Shown: positions 19,606-32,074 of the stretch, one piece after another | Layout of the letters: each line of letters opens with the position of its first letter | How positions within the stretch are numbered: position 1 is the first letter of the stretch | Assembly (NCBI GenBank): GCA_963737065.1 | Contig: CAVTRC010000002.1 | Coordinates: 384,001 to 448,000, forward strand | Source of the DNA: Candidatus Eremiobacteria bacterium | Lineage (GTDB): Bacteria > Vulcanimicrobiota > Vulcanimicrobiia > Vulcanimicrobiales > Vulcanimicrobiaceae | Direction of reading: 5' to 3' | Length of the DNA: 64,000 nucleotides | Notes under the pieces: generated by a model | Seen by the model: only the letters and a program-made list of their open reading frames with translations | Told to the model about the DNA's origin: nothing | Database searches by the model: none | Translations under genes and position numbers: made by a program

Positions 19606-20218
19606 ATTTTGTGGTGCAAGAAGCTGGAGCGACGTCGAGCTCGCGTTAGCGGCCGGCGCAGATGCCGTCGGCTTAATCTTTGCTGAATCACCGAGCCGCG
19701 TTTCGTGGATCGCCGCGCGCGAGATCGCCGCGCGCATTTCCTCGCAAATAACGCCGGTCGCGGTGTTCGTAAATCCAACGCCGGACGACGTCGCTCGCGT
19801 CCGCGATCTCTTCCCGCATGCGCTGGTCCAGCTTTCGGGCGACGAAACACCCGCGTTTGCGAAGTCAATCGGCGCGCACGTGATCAAGGCGGTACACGTC
19901 GGCGATGAATCGCCGCTGCGGATAGAGGAAATCTGCGACAGTTACGCGCCTTCACTCGTGCTTTTCGACACGCGCGTAGCCGGAAAGTACGGGGGCACGG
20001 GACAAACGTTCGATTGGACGGACATCGCGAAACTTGCGCGCCGGCGTCGAGTCATCGTTGCCGGCGGACTCACCCCGGACAACGTCGCGGCGTGCGTCCG
20101 CACCGTTCGTCCGTTCGGCGTCGACGTACGTAGCGGAATCGAAACGAATGGCTCCAAGGACGCGGTGAAGATGCGCGCTTTCGTACGCGCGGTGCGGGAA
20201 ACCGATGCAGCAGCCTGA
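19589..20218 (+). CDS. trpF: Phosphoribosylanthranilate isomerase
   Basis: [32 protein letters not shown]. Confidence 0.95.
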   Translation: MSTRIKFCGARSWSDVELALAAGADAVGLIFAESPSRVSWIAAREIAARISSQITPVAVFVNPTPDDVARVRDLFPHALVQLSGDETPAFAKSIGAHVIKAVHVGDESPLRIEEICDSYAPSLVLFDTRVAGKYGGTGQTFDWTDIAKLARRRRVIVAGGLTPDNVAACVRTVRPFGVDVRSGIETNGSKDAVKMRAFVRAVRETDAAA

Positions 20219-21392
20219 TTCACGGGGATACTTCGGGCGCTTCGGCGGACGGTTCGTTCCCGAAGTGCTGGTCGGCGCGCTCGAGGCGCTCGAACAAGAA
20301 ATGCGGTCCGCCTTTGCCGATGCAGCATTCTGGCGCGATTACGAGGTTGCGCTTCGCGACTTCGTCGGACGCCCGTCGCCGTTGTACGAGACGGAGCGTT
20401 TCGGAAAGCCGTCAGCGTCAACGCTGCTCGTGAAACGCGAAGACACGAACCACACCGGCGCGCACAAGATCAACAACACCGTTGGTCAAGCGCTGCTCGC
20501 GCGGCGCATGAGGAAGACGCGTTTAATCGCGGAGACGGGTGCGGGCCAGCACGGCGTAGCGACTGCGACGGTTGGTGCGAAGTTCGGTTTTCCGGTCGAC
20601 GTCTATATGGGCGAAGTGGACGTCGAACGCCAAGCGCTCAACGTCTACATCATGAAGCTGCTCGGGGCAAACGTGCACAGCGTGGGCAGCGGCACGCGCA
20701 CGCTCAAAGACGCGACGAACGAAGCGTTTCGCGTATGGGCCGCGCAAGTCGAAGAGACGTTTTATGTCATCGGCAGCGTCGTCGGCGCACATCCGTATCC
20801 GTATATGGTACGCGAACTTCAAAAAGTGATCGGCGTAGAAGCGCGCGCGCAATGCATCGAGCGTTACGGACGTCTGCCGAGCGATGTCGTTGCGTGCGTC
20901 GGCGGCGGCAGTAACGCCATCGGAATCTTTGCGGGATTCGTGGACAATACCGACGTGCGTCTCTGGGGCGTTGAAGCTGCGGGTGAAGGATTGGCGACCG
21001 GCAGAACCGCCGCCGCGTTAAACGCGGGAACGGTCGGTGTGTTGCACGGTTCGCGATCCTATCTGCTGCAGACGCCGGGCGGACAGGTCAGCGAAACGCA
21101 TTCGATCAGCGCCGGGCTCGATTATCCCGGCGTGGGCCCCGAACACGCGCATCTCAAGGAGTCGGGTAGAGCGTCGTATGCGAGCGTGACCGACGGCGAA
21201 GCGCTCGATGCGTTCTTCGCGTTTGCATGCAACGAAGGCATCATACCGGCGCTCGAAAGCGCGCACGCGCTCGCGTTTGCTCGCAAACTTATGGTCGAAG
21301 CCAAGCCGGACGATCTCATACTCGTGAACCTCTCCGGACGAGGTGACAAAGATATCGCGCAAGTGCGCGGCATGGCGGAGAGAACCTCGTGA
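20205..21392 (+). CDS. trpB: Tryptophan synthase beta chain
   Basis: [31 protein letters not shown]. Confidence 0.98.
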   Translation: MQQPDSRGYFGRFGGRFVPEVLVGALEALEQEMRSAFADAAFWRDYEVALRDFVGRPSPLYETERFGKPSASTLLVKREDTNHTGAHKINNTVGQALLARRMRKTRLIAETGAGQHGVATATVGAKFGFPVDVYMGEVDVERQALNVYIMKLLGANVHSVGSGTRTLKDATNEAFRVWAAQVEETFYVIGSVVGAHPYPYMVRELQKVIGVEARAQCIERYGRLPSDVVACVGGGSNAIGIFAGFVDNTDVRLWGVEAAGEGLATGRTAAALNAGTVGVLHGSRSYLLQTPGGQVSETHSISAGLDYPGVGPEHAHLKESGRASYASVTDGEALDAFFAFACNEGIIPALESAHALAFARKLMVEAKPDDLILVNLSGRGDKDIAQVRGMAERTS

Positions 21393-22189
21393 TCGAAGCG
21401 TTGTTCGATCGCGCGAAAGCCGATCGGCGAGTGGTCTTTATTCCGTACGTGATGGCGGGCGATCCAAACCTCGATACGACCCTATCGATCCTTCGCGCGC
21501 TCACCGACGCCGGCGTCGATGCAGTCGAGCTCGGCGTTCCGTACGGCGACCCGCTCGCCGATGGCCCCACGATCGCAGAAGCAGCGCAGCGCGCGTTGCA
21601 CGCGGGCCTCGACATGTGCGCGGTGCTCGAACTCGTCAGAGAGCACACATCGTCGGGCGGCGCGCCGGCGATTCTGTTTACCTATTTCAATCCGGTCTAT
21701 CAATTCGGCATCGAGCGATTTGCGCATGAGGCGCGGAAAGCGGGCGCATGGGGCGCGATCGTTCCTGATATCCCGGTCGAAGAAGTGGCCGAACTCGCGC
21801 GCGCGATCGCGAACGAGGGGCTCGACATGCCGTTGCTGGTCGCTCCGTCTACGAGCCGGGAGCGCGCCGCCAGAATCGCCGCACAAAGCAGTGGATTTCT
21901 CTACGTGGTGTCGCGTTTGGGCGTAACGGGCGCGGGCAGGCATTCGTCCCGCGATGCGTTGCGCGCGCAGATCGCGATGCTGCGCGGAATTACCCAAAAG
22001 CCGCTTGCGGTTGGCTTCGGCGTCAGTTCAGCGGACGATGTTCGGGAACTCGCTACGGTCGTAGACGGCATCATCGTCGGCAGCGCGTTGATCGATGCAT
22101 ACGCATCGCATGCGCCGGACGAAGCCGCTGAGCACGTCGCTGCATTCGTTCGGCCGCTGGTCGCCGCCGCGAGCCTTGAAGCGGTTTAG
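21389..22189 (+). CDS. trpA: Tryptophan synthase alpha chain
   Basis: [24 protein letters not shown]. Confidence 0.97.
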   Translation: MIEALFDRAKADRRVVFIPYVMAGDPNLDTTLSILRALTDAGVDAVELGVPYGDPLADGPTIAEAAQRALHAGLDMCAVLELVREHTSSGGAPAILFTYFNPVYQFGIERFAHEARKAGAWGAIVPDIPVEEVAELARAIANEGLDMPLLVAPSTSRERAARIAAQSSGFLYVVSRLGVTGAGRHSSRDALRAQIAMLRGITQKPLAVGFGVSSADDVRELATVVDGIIVGSALIDAYASHAPDEAAEHVAAFVRPLVAAASLEAV

Positions 22190-22509
22190 CGAACGAAGAG
22201 AAAGCTCAGCCCGAGGAGCACTGAAACGGCCATGACGGCCGCCGGTGCATGTTTGCGCCGGTAAACGAAATGCGCGACGATACCGAGCAGCGCAGCGGCG
22301 ACGAGCGACGTGATACGGAAACGGTCGTGCTGAAGATACGCGCACGCGATGACCGCCAGCATCGCGACGGAACCGACGAATCGTCCGGAACGCCAGACCG
22401 CTAGGCAGAGGATCGCTGCGATGACCATTCTCACCGGTTCAACCGGTACGCCGGCGGTTCCGATTGCCAGGACAAATGCCGCGATCGCAATCTCCAGTTG
22501 CGCAGTCAC
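22186..22509 (-). CDS. Small multi-pass membrane protein
   Basis: Hydrophobic ORF; GTG overlapping the GNAT stop. Confidence 0.55.
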   Translation of the reverse strand: MTAQLEIAIAAFVLAIGTAGVPVEPVRMVIAAILCLAVWRSGRFVGSVAMLAVIACAYLQHDRFRITSLVAAALLGIVAHFVYRRKHAPAAVMAVSVLLGLSFLFVR

Positions 22510-22991
22510 GCGAACGTCTTTCGCATGAGGATGGTGTCCCATACATGACCCGACTTGCGCCGGACGTCGTTCGAATAGCGTTCGATTTCGCGAAACCCCG
22601 TCGAGCGATAGAGGCGTAACGCGCGTTCATTGTGCGGGAAGACGAGCAGCGAAAGTTCCTTGATTTCGCGTCCCTTGGCCCACGTGAACAGGCGCTCCAG
22701 TAGCGCGCGGCCGATACCGAGCCCACGGCGCGACTCGTCGACCATCATGCCGAGCGTCCAACCGTACTCGACGTGCTCGTACGTCGTCATCAAGGCGATC
22801 ATGTGATCGCCGTCTTCCGCGACGAACATCGCGTTACCGAGAGCGAGCGCGCGGCCGAACATGCCGGCGTAGTGACGCCGGTCGAAGCCGGGTTCTGTCC
22901 CGATCCATAACCGCTCGGCCGCGACGCGCTCGAAGAGCGCAAGCGCGCGATCGATATCCGCAACCGACATGTCGCGAATCGTACAGTTCAT
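22506..22991 (-). CDS. GNAT acetyltransferase
   Basis: RRGLGIGRALL, NERALRLYRSTGF. Confidence 0.88.
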   Translation of the reverse strand: MNCTIRDMSVADIDRALALFERVAAERLWIGTEPGFDRRHYAGMFGRALALGNAMFVAEDGDHMIALMTTYEHVEYGWTLGMMVDESRRGLGIGRALLERLFTWAKGREIKELSLLVFPHNERALRLYRSTGFREIERYSNDVRRKSGHVWDTILMRKTFA

Positions 22992-23182
22992 CTCCCGCCG
23001 ATTCTCGCACTGTTCCCGCCCGCCCGCTGCCGCCGCACTTGCCGGCTTGTCTGCTTGAGCCGCGGGTAGAATGGAACCGAATTGATTGCCCCTAAGTCAT
23101 AGTATGGGGGTGATTGGCCCCGCTTTAATCTGAAGAGGCCCGTAGACGGGCTCCAGGACGCTGAGAGGAAGTTATAAAGTAC

Positions 23183-24748
23183 GTGACGACTACGCTCGAT
23201 CGTATCGCGCCGTTCAAAAACGAAGCAGTTAAGAATTTTTCCGATCCGGCAGATGCGGCTCAAATGCAGGCTGCGATTGCCGCAGTCCGCAACCGCTTCA
23301 ACGAACATTATCCGCTCGTGATCGATGGCCAGAAGATCGAAACCGAGAAGAAGATTCGCTCGATTAATCCCGCAAATCCCGATGACGTCGTCGGCCTGAC
23401 GAGTTCCGCGAGCAAAGATCAGGCGGAACAAGCGATTGCGGCTGCTGCGCGCGCGTTCGAGTCGTGGAAGCGCACACCGCCGGAAGAGCGCGCTTCGTAT
23501 TTGTTCAAGGCCGCCGAGCTGATCCGTCAGCGCCGTTTCCACTACGATGCACTGCTCGTGCTCGAAGTCGGAAAAACGTGGCCCGAAGCGGACGGTGATG
23601 TCGCCGAAGCGATCGACTTCCTCGAATATTACGGACGAGAGATGTTGCGCTACGCGCAGCCGCACGCCGTCGTTCCGATCGACGGCGAGCAGAATGAAAT
23701 GGTGTACATCCCGCTCGGCGTCGGTGCGGTGATTCCGCCATGGAACTTTGCCGCCGCCATCATGATCGGGATGACCGCCGCTGCAATCGTCACCGGCAAT
23801 ACGGTCGTGCTCAAACCCTCGAGCGACTCCGCAATTATCGCGGCGTGGTTCGTCGATCTGCTGCATGAAATCGGCTTGCCGAACGGCGTGGTAAATTTCG
23901 TTCCCGGGTCGGGAAGCGTGATCGGTGACTTGATCGTCTCGCATCCGCAGGTTCGCTTCATCTCGTTCACCGGTTCCAAAGAAGTCGGTTTGCATATCAA
24001 CGAACTGGCCGCGAAACCGCAACCGGGACAGAAGTGGATAAAGCGTGTCGTTGCAGAGATGGGGGGCAAAGATTCGATCGTCGTTGCCGCCGACGCCGAC
24101 GTCGACGCCGCAGTCGAAGGCGTCGCGGTTTCGGCGTTCGGCTTTCAGGGGCAGAAGTGTTCGGCGTGTTCGCGTGCGATTGTCGAAGAGAAAATTTACG
24201 ATGAATTTCTCGCCAAGCTCAAAGCGCGCGTCGCGAAGATTTCGGTTGGCGATCCGACGGACCCGAAGAACTACATGGGACCGGTGGTCAACGAAGGCGC
24301 ACTGAAGTCGATCAGCGAGTACATCGAAGTCGGCAAGAAAGAAGGCCGTTTGGTCGCCGGCGGCGGTCGTGTCGGCGACAAAGGGTACTTCCTCGAACCG
24401 ACTGTTATTGCAGACGTCGATCCGCACGCCCGTATTTCCCAGGAGGAAATTTTTGGCCCCGTTCTCGCTGTAATCAAGGCGAAGGACTTCGACGAAGCGA
24501 TGGAGATCGCGAACAACACCGAGTTCGGCTTAACCGGTTCCCTCTATACGAACGACGATCAGAAAATCAAGCGCGCGAAGGAAGATTTCTTCGTGGGCAA
24601 TCTCTACTTCAACCGCAAGAGTACGGGCGCATTCGTCGGCGTTCATCCGTTCGGCGGATTCAACATGTCGGGCACCGACAGTAAGGCGGGCGGTCCCGAC
24701 TACTTGCTGCTCTTCATGCAGGCGAAATCGATTTCGCGTAAAGTGTAG
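23183..24748 (+). CDS. pruA: L-glutamate gamma-semialdehyde (P5C) dehydrogenase
   Basis: EAIDFLEYY, AEMGGKD, FQGQKCSACSR, PFGGFNMSGTDSKAGGPDYL. Confidence 0.93.
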   Translation: MTTTLDRIAPFKNEAVKNFSDPADAAQMQAAIAAVRNRFNEHYPLVIDGQKIETEKKIRSINPANPDDVVGLTSSASKDQAEQAIAAAARAFESWKRTPPEERASYLFKAAELIRQRRFHYDALLVLEVGKTWPEADGDVAEAIDFLEYYGREMLRYAQPHAVVPIDGEQNEMVYIPLGVGAVIPPWNFAAAIMIGMTAAAIVTGNTVVLKPSSDSAIIAAWFVDLLHEIGLPNGVVNFVPGSGSVIGDLIVSHPQVRFISFTGSKEVGLHINELAAKPQPGQKWIKRVVAEMGGKDSIVVAADADVDAAVEGVAVSAFGFQGQKCSACSRAIVEEKIYDEFLAKLKARVAKISVGDPTDPKNYMGPVVNEGALKSISEYIEVGKKEGRLVAGGGRVGDKGYFLEPTVIADVDPHARISQEEIFGPVLAVIKAKDFDEAMEIANNTEFGLTGSLYTNDDQKIKRAKEDFFVGNLYFNRKSTGAFVGVHPFGGFNMSGTDSKAGGPDYLLLFMQAKSISRKV

Positions 24749-24751
24749 CCC

Positions 24752-25924
24752 TTGCGGGAGCTGCGTTTGATTGCCAAGGCGGACCGTCGGGTCCGCCTTG
24801 GTCATAATTGGGTCTTTTCCAATGAAATCGACAGCGCGATAACGCCGCTCCCGGCGTTCGCGCCTGGTGAAATCGCGCGTGTGGTCGACGCCGGCCGGCA
24901 TCCCGTCGGACTCGCATACGTCAATCCCAACGCATTGATCGCCGCGCGCGTTCTAACGCGCGACGTCCGGGCGACGATCGATGCACGATGGATTGCGCAG
25001 CGGCTTTGCCGCGCGCTGGAGGTGCGAAAGAACGTCTATCCGGCCCCGTATTATCGCATGGTCTACGGTGAATCCGACGGCCTGCCGGGCATCGTCGTCG
25101 ATCGCTACGGCGACGTCTGTGTCGCGCAACTCAATACCGCCGGCGCGGTCGCGCTTCGTGAAGCGTTCGTCAGCGCGATCACGGACGTGATCGCACCAAA
25201 AGGGCTGCTCCTCCGCAACGCCGGGTCAACGCGCGCGCTCGAAGGTATCGAACCACTCGATAACCCGCTCGGCGATGTTCCCGACCGTATCGACGTCATC
25301 GAAGGCGATATGCGGATCTCCGCGCCGTTGCGCACCGGGCAAAAAACGGGATATTTTTACGATCAGCGCGACAATCGCATGCGCTTGCGGCGTTACGTCA
25401 AACCGGGCGATCGCGTGTTGGACGTGTTTTCATATGTTGGCGCGTGGGCGGTTTCCGCGTATATGGCCGGTGCGGCCGAAGTCACGTGCATAGATACGTC
25501 GGAAATCGCCCTGGAATACGCCGACGAGAATGCGCGTAAACTTGGAAAAGAGATCGACGGCGTTGCCGGCGACGCGCTCGACGTCATGCGCGGTTTGCAT
25601 AGCGAACGCCGCCGCTACGACGTCGTCGTTCTGGACCCGCCGGCGTTGATCAAGCGGCGCAAAGACGTTTCGCTCGGCGAACGCCACTATCTCAGGTTGC
25701 ACGACGCTGCGTTTCGGCTCTTGAAGGCAGACGGCATTCTCGTCAGCGCATCGTGCTCTCATCATCTTGCCGTCGAGCGGTTGCAGCGGATTGCACTTGA
25801 CGCCGCGCACGATACCGGCCGCCGTCTACAAATACTAGAGCGGCATGCGCACGCGCCCGATCACCCGATTCATCCCGCGATGCCGGAAACCGAGTATTTG
25901 AAAGCGCTGTTCTTGCGCGCCTAA
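24752..25924 (+). CDS. RlmI-like SAM-dependent rRNA methyltransferase
   Basis: GHNWVFSNEI PUA-like start, GESDGLPG, GQKTGYFYDQR, LDPPA. Confidence 0.85.
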   Translation: MRELRLIAKADRRVRLGHNWVFSNEIDSAITPLPAFAPGEIARVVDAGRHPVGLAYVNPNALIAARVLTRDVRATIDARWIAQRLCRALEVRKNVYPAPYYRMVYGESDGLPGIVVDRYGDVCVAQLNTAGAVALREAFVSAITDVIAPKGLLLRNAGSTRALEGIEPLDNPLGDVPDRIDVIEGDMRISAPLRTGQKTGYFYDQRDNRMRLRRYVKPGDRVLDVFSYVGAWAVSAYMAGAAEVTCIDTSEIALEYADENARKLGKEIDGVAGDALDVMRGLHSERRRYDVVVLDPPALIKRRKDVSLGERHYLRLHDAAFRLLKADGILVSASCSHHLAVERLQRIALDAAHDTGRRLQILERHAHAPDHPIHPAMPETEYLKALFLRA

Positions 25925-26098
25925 CGCGCAAGAATGGCAGTACCGGTCGAACGTCCGGCTCTCGACTGAGCGGCACAATGACGTGGTCAATGTATCAAAC
26001 AAAATGCAAGTGCGGCATCGCCGTCGCGTGACGTCATCCGGATCACGTCGTGCTCGCCGCACGCGCAGCGTATGGAGCCGAGCGATCCACGGCAGCAC

Positions 26099-26467
26099 TT
26101 ATGCGGGATCGTGGACGATCTCGAACTTGTTTCCGTCGCAATCTTCGAAGAAAACAGCGTAGTAATCGTCCGCGTATTCGGGATGGATCGCGGGTCCCTC
26201 GACATTTCGCGCTCCCGCATCGATCGCCGCGCGCGCGGCGTGGTCGACATCGGATGTTTTCGCGACTGCGAATGCGATACGCATCGCGCCCGCACGAACC
26301 GGCGTCTCGTCTTCAATGAATCCGATCGCCGGCCGCGCGCCATTGCGCCAGTACGAAACGAAATCGTCCTCTTCAGTTCGCACCGCGTAGCCTATGACCG
26401 GCATAAAGGCGTCGAGTAGTTTGCGTGAGGCGGGAATGTTTCTCACATGGACGTCCACGTGATGCAT
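26099..26467 (-). CDS. VOC/glyoxalase family protein
   Basis: HHVDVHV, YYAVFFEDCDGNKFEIV. Confidence 0.85.
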   Translation of the reverse strand: MHHVDVHVRNIPASRKLLDAFMPVIGYAVRTEEDDFVSYWRNGARPAIGFIEDETPVRAGAMRIAFAVAKTSDVDHAARAAIDAGARNVEGPAIHPEYADDYYAVFFEDCDGNKFEIVHDPA

Positions 26468-26601
26468 CAGAAGATACCCGTTCCCGGTACGTGGACGCCC
26501 CAGCCGTCGAACACGCGGCCGTCGACGCTGCGATCGGCGCGGTCGATCCTGACGTCGACAGAGGTGCGTACGAGCGGGAAAGCCCGGCGGGCGATGATCA
26601 T
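26467..26601 (-). CDS. Unannotated 44-aa ORF coupled to VOC gene
   Basis: GGAG RBS, ATG at 26601, TGATG overlap with VOC start; MIIARRAFPLVRTSVDVRIDRADRSVDGRVFDGWGVHVPGTGIF. Confidence 0.55.
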   Translation of the reverse strand: MIIARRAFPLVRTSVDVRIDRADRSVDGRVFDGWGVHVPGTGIF

Positions 26602-26694
26602 TTTTCTTTACTCCAATCTAGTAACCGCTGAAGATCATAAGCCGGTTATGGTAACTTGTCAATAAGCTTTGATGGTGCTATTTTTAGTGAACCG

Positions 26695-27276
26695 ATGGGC
26701 AAAGACTATAGCGCGCCCGGTGCACTAGAGCTTGTGCGCGGGTTCGTTAATTCGCTCGACGCCGACGACCCGGAGCGCGACCCGTTCGTTACCGCGGAGG
26801 GTGCGCGAAAATGGCTGACGGAACACGGCTTGAACGCTGCCGTCGATGATGACGCACAACGCGCAAGCATCCGCGCGCTCCGTGAAGCTCTGCGTGCGGA
26901 ATTGCTCGCGCATACCGGCGCGGAGGATGGGCGCGCAACGTGGGAGCGGCTTGCAACCCATCTCGACGGAACCGGGTTACAAGTAACGTTCGACTCCGCA
27001 CGGAGCATGACGTTGGAGCCGCCGGCGGCGGTTGACGCGGTGATGTCGTTACGGGCAGCGATCGCGTCGCGCGTCTATGATGCGGTGCGGAGTGACCGGT
27101 GGCGCCGCCTCAAAGCGTGCCGGAAAGAAAGCTGCTTGTTTGCTTTCTACGACCGGTCGAAGAACGGTTCAGGCACCTGGTGCGACATGGCGGTGTGCGG
27201 CAATCGCGCGAAAGCGCAACGCCGGCGGACACGCGAACGGACTCCGATCGCGCAAAAATCACCCCAGTCTGCCTAG
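26695..27276 (+). CDS. ABATE/CGNR zinc-finger protein
   Basis: LELVRGFVNS, RLKAC....C..AFYDRSKN....WCDMAVCGNRAK. Confidence 0.9.
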   Translation: MGKDYSAPGALELVRGFVNSLDADDPERDPFVTAEGARKWLTEHGLNAAVDDDAQRASIRALREALRAELLAHTGAEDGRATWERLATHLDGTGLQVTFDSARSMTLEPPAAVDAVMSLRAAIASRVYDAVRSDRWRRLKACRKESCLFAFYDRSKNGSGTWCDMAVCGNRAKAQRRRTRERTPIAQKSPQSA

Positions 27277-27366
27277 TATCAGACGGGGCCGTGTGGTACT
27301 CTAATAGTCCGGGCCTAATGGGGTCTGCGACGTTTTCTGCCGGTGCAAAATACTTCGCAACCGCGC

Positions 27367-27395
27367 TTGACACCGAATACCGGCGGCGATACTAT
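27367..27395 (+). promoter_or_regulatory. rRNA operon sigma70 promoter
   Basis: TTGACA-N17-TACTAT about 300 nt upstream of 16S; boxA-like GCTCCTTGAAAA at ~27472. Confidence 0.8.
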
Positions 27396-27690
27396 AGCCG
27401 TCGTGGCTTGAGCGCCCTGCCGTGAAGACGCGATCCAATGATGTGCGTCTAGCGTTGAGGCAGCCGAGTTCGCTCCTTGAAAACTGAACAGTGCAGCAGC
27501 AAATAAGTCTGTGGGTCTCCGACCTCTTATAGACAAGGTCAAATTCGTTTGATCAAGTCTTTTGAGATTCGCGAGAACGTACAATTTCTTGTTGTTACGA
27601 TCGGAAGATCGTAGCGTTGCGATTTCGCAGTCGCAGCTGAAAAAACACAGCGAAGATTAGAGCCATGTTTATCATGCGCTCCATAAATTT

Positions 27691-29201
<1,511 letters not shown>

Positions 29202-29382
29202 CATGCGGATGAACTTCACTTCGTGAAGTTGCATCTTGCGTATTCATTCTAAGTCGACCACAGACGATGCTATTGAAAACACCGACATGACATCGCGAAC
29301 GTCGTTCGCTTTGGGAATCGGTGGCCAAGGGATCTAGCCGGACTACGTGTCCGTATGGTCAGAGGTCATAGCGCCGATCCGT

Positions 29383-29405
29383 GTCATCCTGAGCTTGTCG
29401 AAGGA
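29383..29405. repeat. REP-like palindromic unit in ITS
   Basis: GTCATCCTGAGCTTGTCGAAGGA. Confidence 0.6.
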
Positions 29406-30296
29406 TCGCACTCGATTGGTTTTTGCGGCTCCCGCAACGGGGGTCTCCGCAAGGACTGCACTGTTCAGCTTTGAGGGAACGAACCTCGCGCCGAGTTCGA
29501 CGTTCTGCGTTCGACTCGATTCGTGAGCTCGTCAGCCCGAAGCCATTTCGTATTGTTGCAGCCTTCGCTAACGGTAGGATTTCAAAGATCTCGCCGCGGA
29601 GCGCAAGGAGCGACCCACCGAAGCGATCTTAGGATCGTGAGGTGGGACGCGACGCGGCGATCGATGGTGAGATCTTTGAAAACTGTATAGAGAAGAACTT
29701 TCATGTGCCAAACATGAAAGCGGCCAACGAATTTGTAACCTGAATTCGTTGGTGCAATTTTGCGTAATTAGTCGAAATAATTAAGGGCATGCAGGTGGAT
29801 ACCTTGGTTCCACAGGCGATGAAGGACGTGCAAAGCTGCGATAAGCATCGGGGAGCTGCTAAGAAGCGATGATCCGGTGATTTCCGAATGGGGCAACCCC
29901 CATGCCGTCATGGGCATGGACTCCACGATGAATTCAATAGTCGTGAGAGAGCGCACCCGGTGAACTGAAACATCTAAGTAGCCGGAGGAAAAGACATCAA
30001 ACGAGATTCCCGTAGTAGTGGCGAGCGAACTGGGAACAGCCTAAACCGTTCATGTGCAAGCGTTCGGGCGTTGCATGAGCGGGGTTGTACGACAACCATC
30101 TCAGAGCCGAATCTCTGGGCGCAAGTTATCAAATCGGTCGATAGTAGAAGCCGGCTGGAAAGCCGCACCACAGAGGGTGAAAGTCCTGTAGACAAAATCG
30201 ATCGGTCTTGCGGTGTTGTTCGTGAGTAAGGCGGGGCACGAGAAACCCTGTCTGAAGCTGGGAGGACCATCTTCCAAGGCTAAATATTCTGTGGAA

Positions 30297-30342
<46 letters not shown>

Positions 30343-31036
30343 TGAGGGGAGTGAAATAGAACATGAAACCGCGTGCCTACAAACCGTGAAAGGCCCATGC
30401 GTAAGCAAGGCTGATCGCGTGCCTATTGAAGAATGAACCTGCGAGTTACTTGTAACGGGCTTGGTTAAGGTGTTGAGCCGGAGCCGTAGCGAAAGCGAGT
30501 CTGAATAGGGCGTTCGTCCGTTGCAGTAGACCCGAAACTAGGTGATCTATCCATGGCCAGGGTGAAGCGTGATTAACCTCACGTGGAGGCCCGAACCTGT
30601 TGTTGTTGAAAAAACATTGGATGAGCTGTGGATAGGGGTGAAAAGCCAATCGAACCTAGAGATAGCTGGTTCTCCCCGAAATAGTTTGAGGACTAGCGTT
30701 ACGCGTTAACCCACGGGGGTAGAGCACTGACAGGGCTAGGGGTCTTACCAGACTACCGAACCCCATCAAACTCCGAATACCGTGGCGTATTGCGTAGCAG
30801 TCACACTGTGGGGGATAAGCTCCATGGTGAAAAGGGAAACAGCCCAGATCAACAGCTAAGGTCCCTAATATATGCTCAGTGGTAAAGGAAGTCTCGTCGC
30901 ACAGACAACTAGGAGGTTGGCTTAGAAGCAGCCACCCTTAAAAGAGTGCGTAATAGCTCACTAGTCGAGTGATGGGGCGCCGAAAATGTAACGGGGCTCA
31001 AGCATATAACCGAAGCTTTGGGATTAGTTTTAAACT

Positions 31037-31146
31037 CCTGGTACTTCTGATTTAGTTCAGATTCGCGATTGTCGATTGCCGTGGTGTACAGTGCGTACAC
31101 AAGGCAGTCGACAATCGCGAATCTGGGCTAAATCAGGAGTATCAGG
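31037..31146 (+). other. IVS-like 44-bp hairpin in 23S helix 45 region
   Basis: Arms 31037-31080 and 31103-31146 fully pair (5 G-U); lies between ACCGAAGC and GGTAGGGGAGCG. Confidence 0.8.
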
Positions 31147-31386
31147 CTAATCGGTAGGGGAGCGTTGTGGCGTAGGCTGAAGCACGACCGTGAGGACGTG
31201 TGGACGAACCACAAGTGCGAATGCAGGTATAAGTAGCGACAAATGCGGGTGAGAACCCCGCACGCCGGAAGTCTAAGGTTTCCTGAGCAACGTCAATCGT
31301 CTCAGGGTGAGTCGGGAGCTAAGCCGAGGCTGAGAAGCGTAGGCGATGCACAAGCAGTTCATATTCTGCTACCACCGATGACCGTT

Positions 31387-31563
31387 TAGACTTTGATGGA
31401 CTCTGTAGTGTATACGATCGTCCTCTGTGAGTTGCAAAAGCTCGCGGAGAATTTTCGTTCAGATCTAGGAGCGACGAAGGATCGATCTATCGATCGAGAC
31501 TTAGGAGCAACGACGAGCTGGGCGAAGAGGCGACGCAGCCACCGCAGCGCCTATCAAAGTCTA
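31387..31563 (+). other. ~175-nt expansion in 23S domain III
   Basis: Closed by TAGACTTTGAT/ATCAAAGTCTA stem just before GATGGGGTGACGCAG. Confidence 0.7.
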
Positions 31564-32074
31564 TGAAATGATGGGGTGACGCAGGAGGATAGATCAGCGC
31601 CCGGATGGATGTGGGCGTTTAAGCTGGTAGGCCGTAACGTAGGTAAATCCGCGTTGCAAGGCCGAGAAGCGAATACGAGGCTCTTTGAGCCGAAGTGATC
31701 GACTCCACGCTGCCAAGAAAAGCCTCTAATAAGGATCATAGGTGCCCGTACCGTACACCGACACAGGTAGACTGGCAGAGCATGCTAAGGCGACGAGAGA
31801 ATCCCTGTTAAGGAACTCGGCAAATTGACCCCGTAACTTTGGGAGAAGGGGTGCCACCTTTGGTGAAGTGTTTACCACGTAAGCTGAGGGTGGTCGCAGA
31901 GAATAGGTCCAAGCGACTGTTTAACAAAAACACAGGTCTCTGCGAATGCGAAAGCAGACGTATAGGGGCTGACTCCTGCCCGGTGCTGGAAGGTTAAAAG
32001 GAGTGGTTAGCGCAAGCGAAGCTGCGAATTGAAGCCCCAGTAAACGGCGGCGGTAACTATAACCGTCCTAAGGT

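Noticed and set aside
22988..24427. 479-aa antisense ORF opposite pruA (similar shadows over secY, dnaE, sdhA, pckA)
   Set aside because: Typical GC-rich antisense shadow frames with no independent motifs
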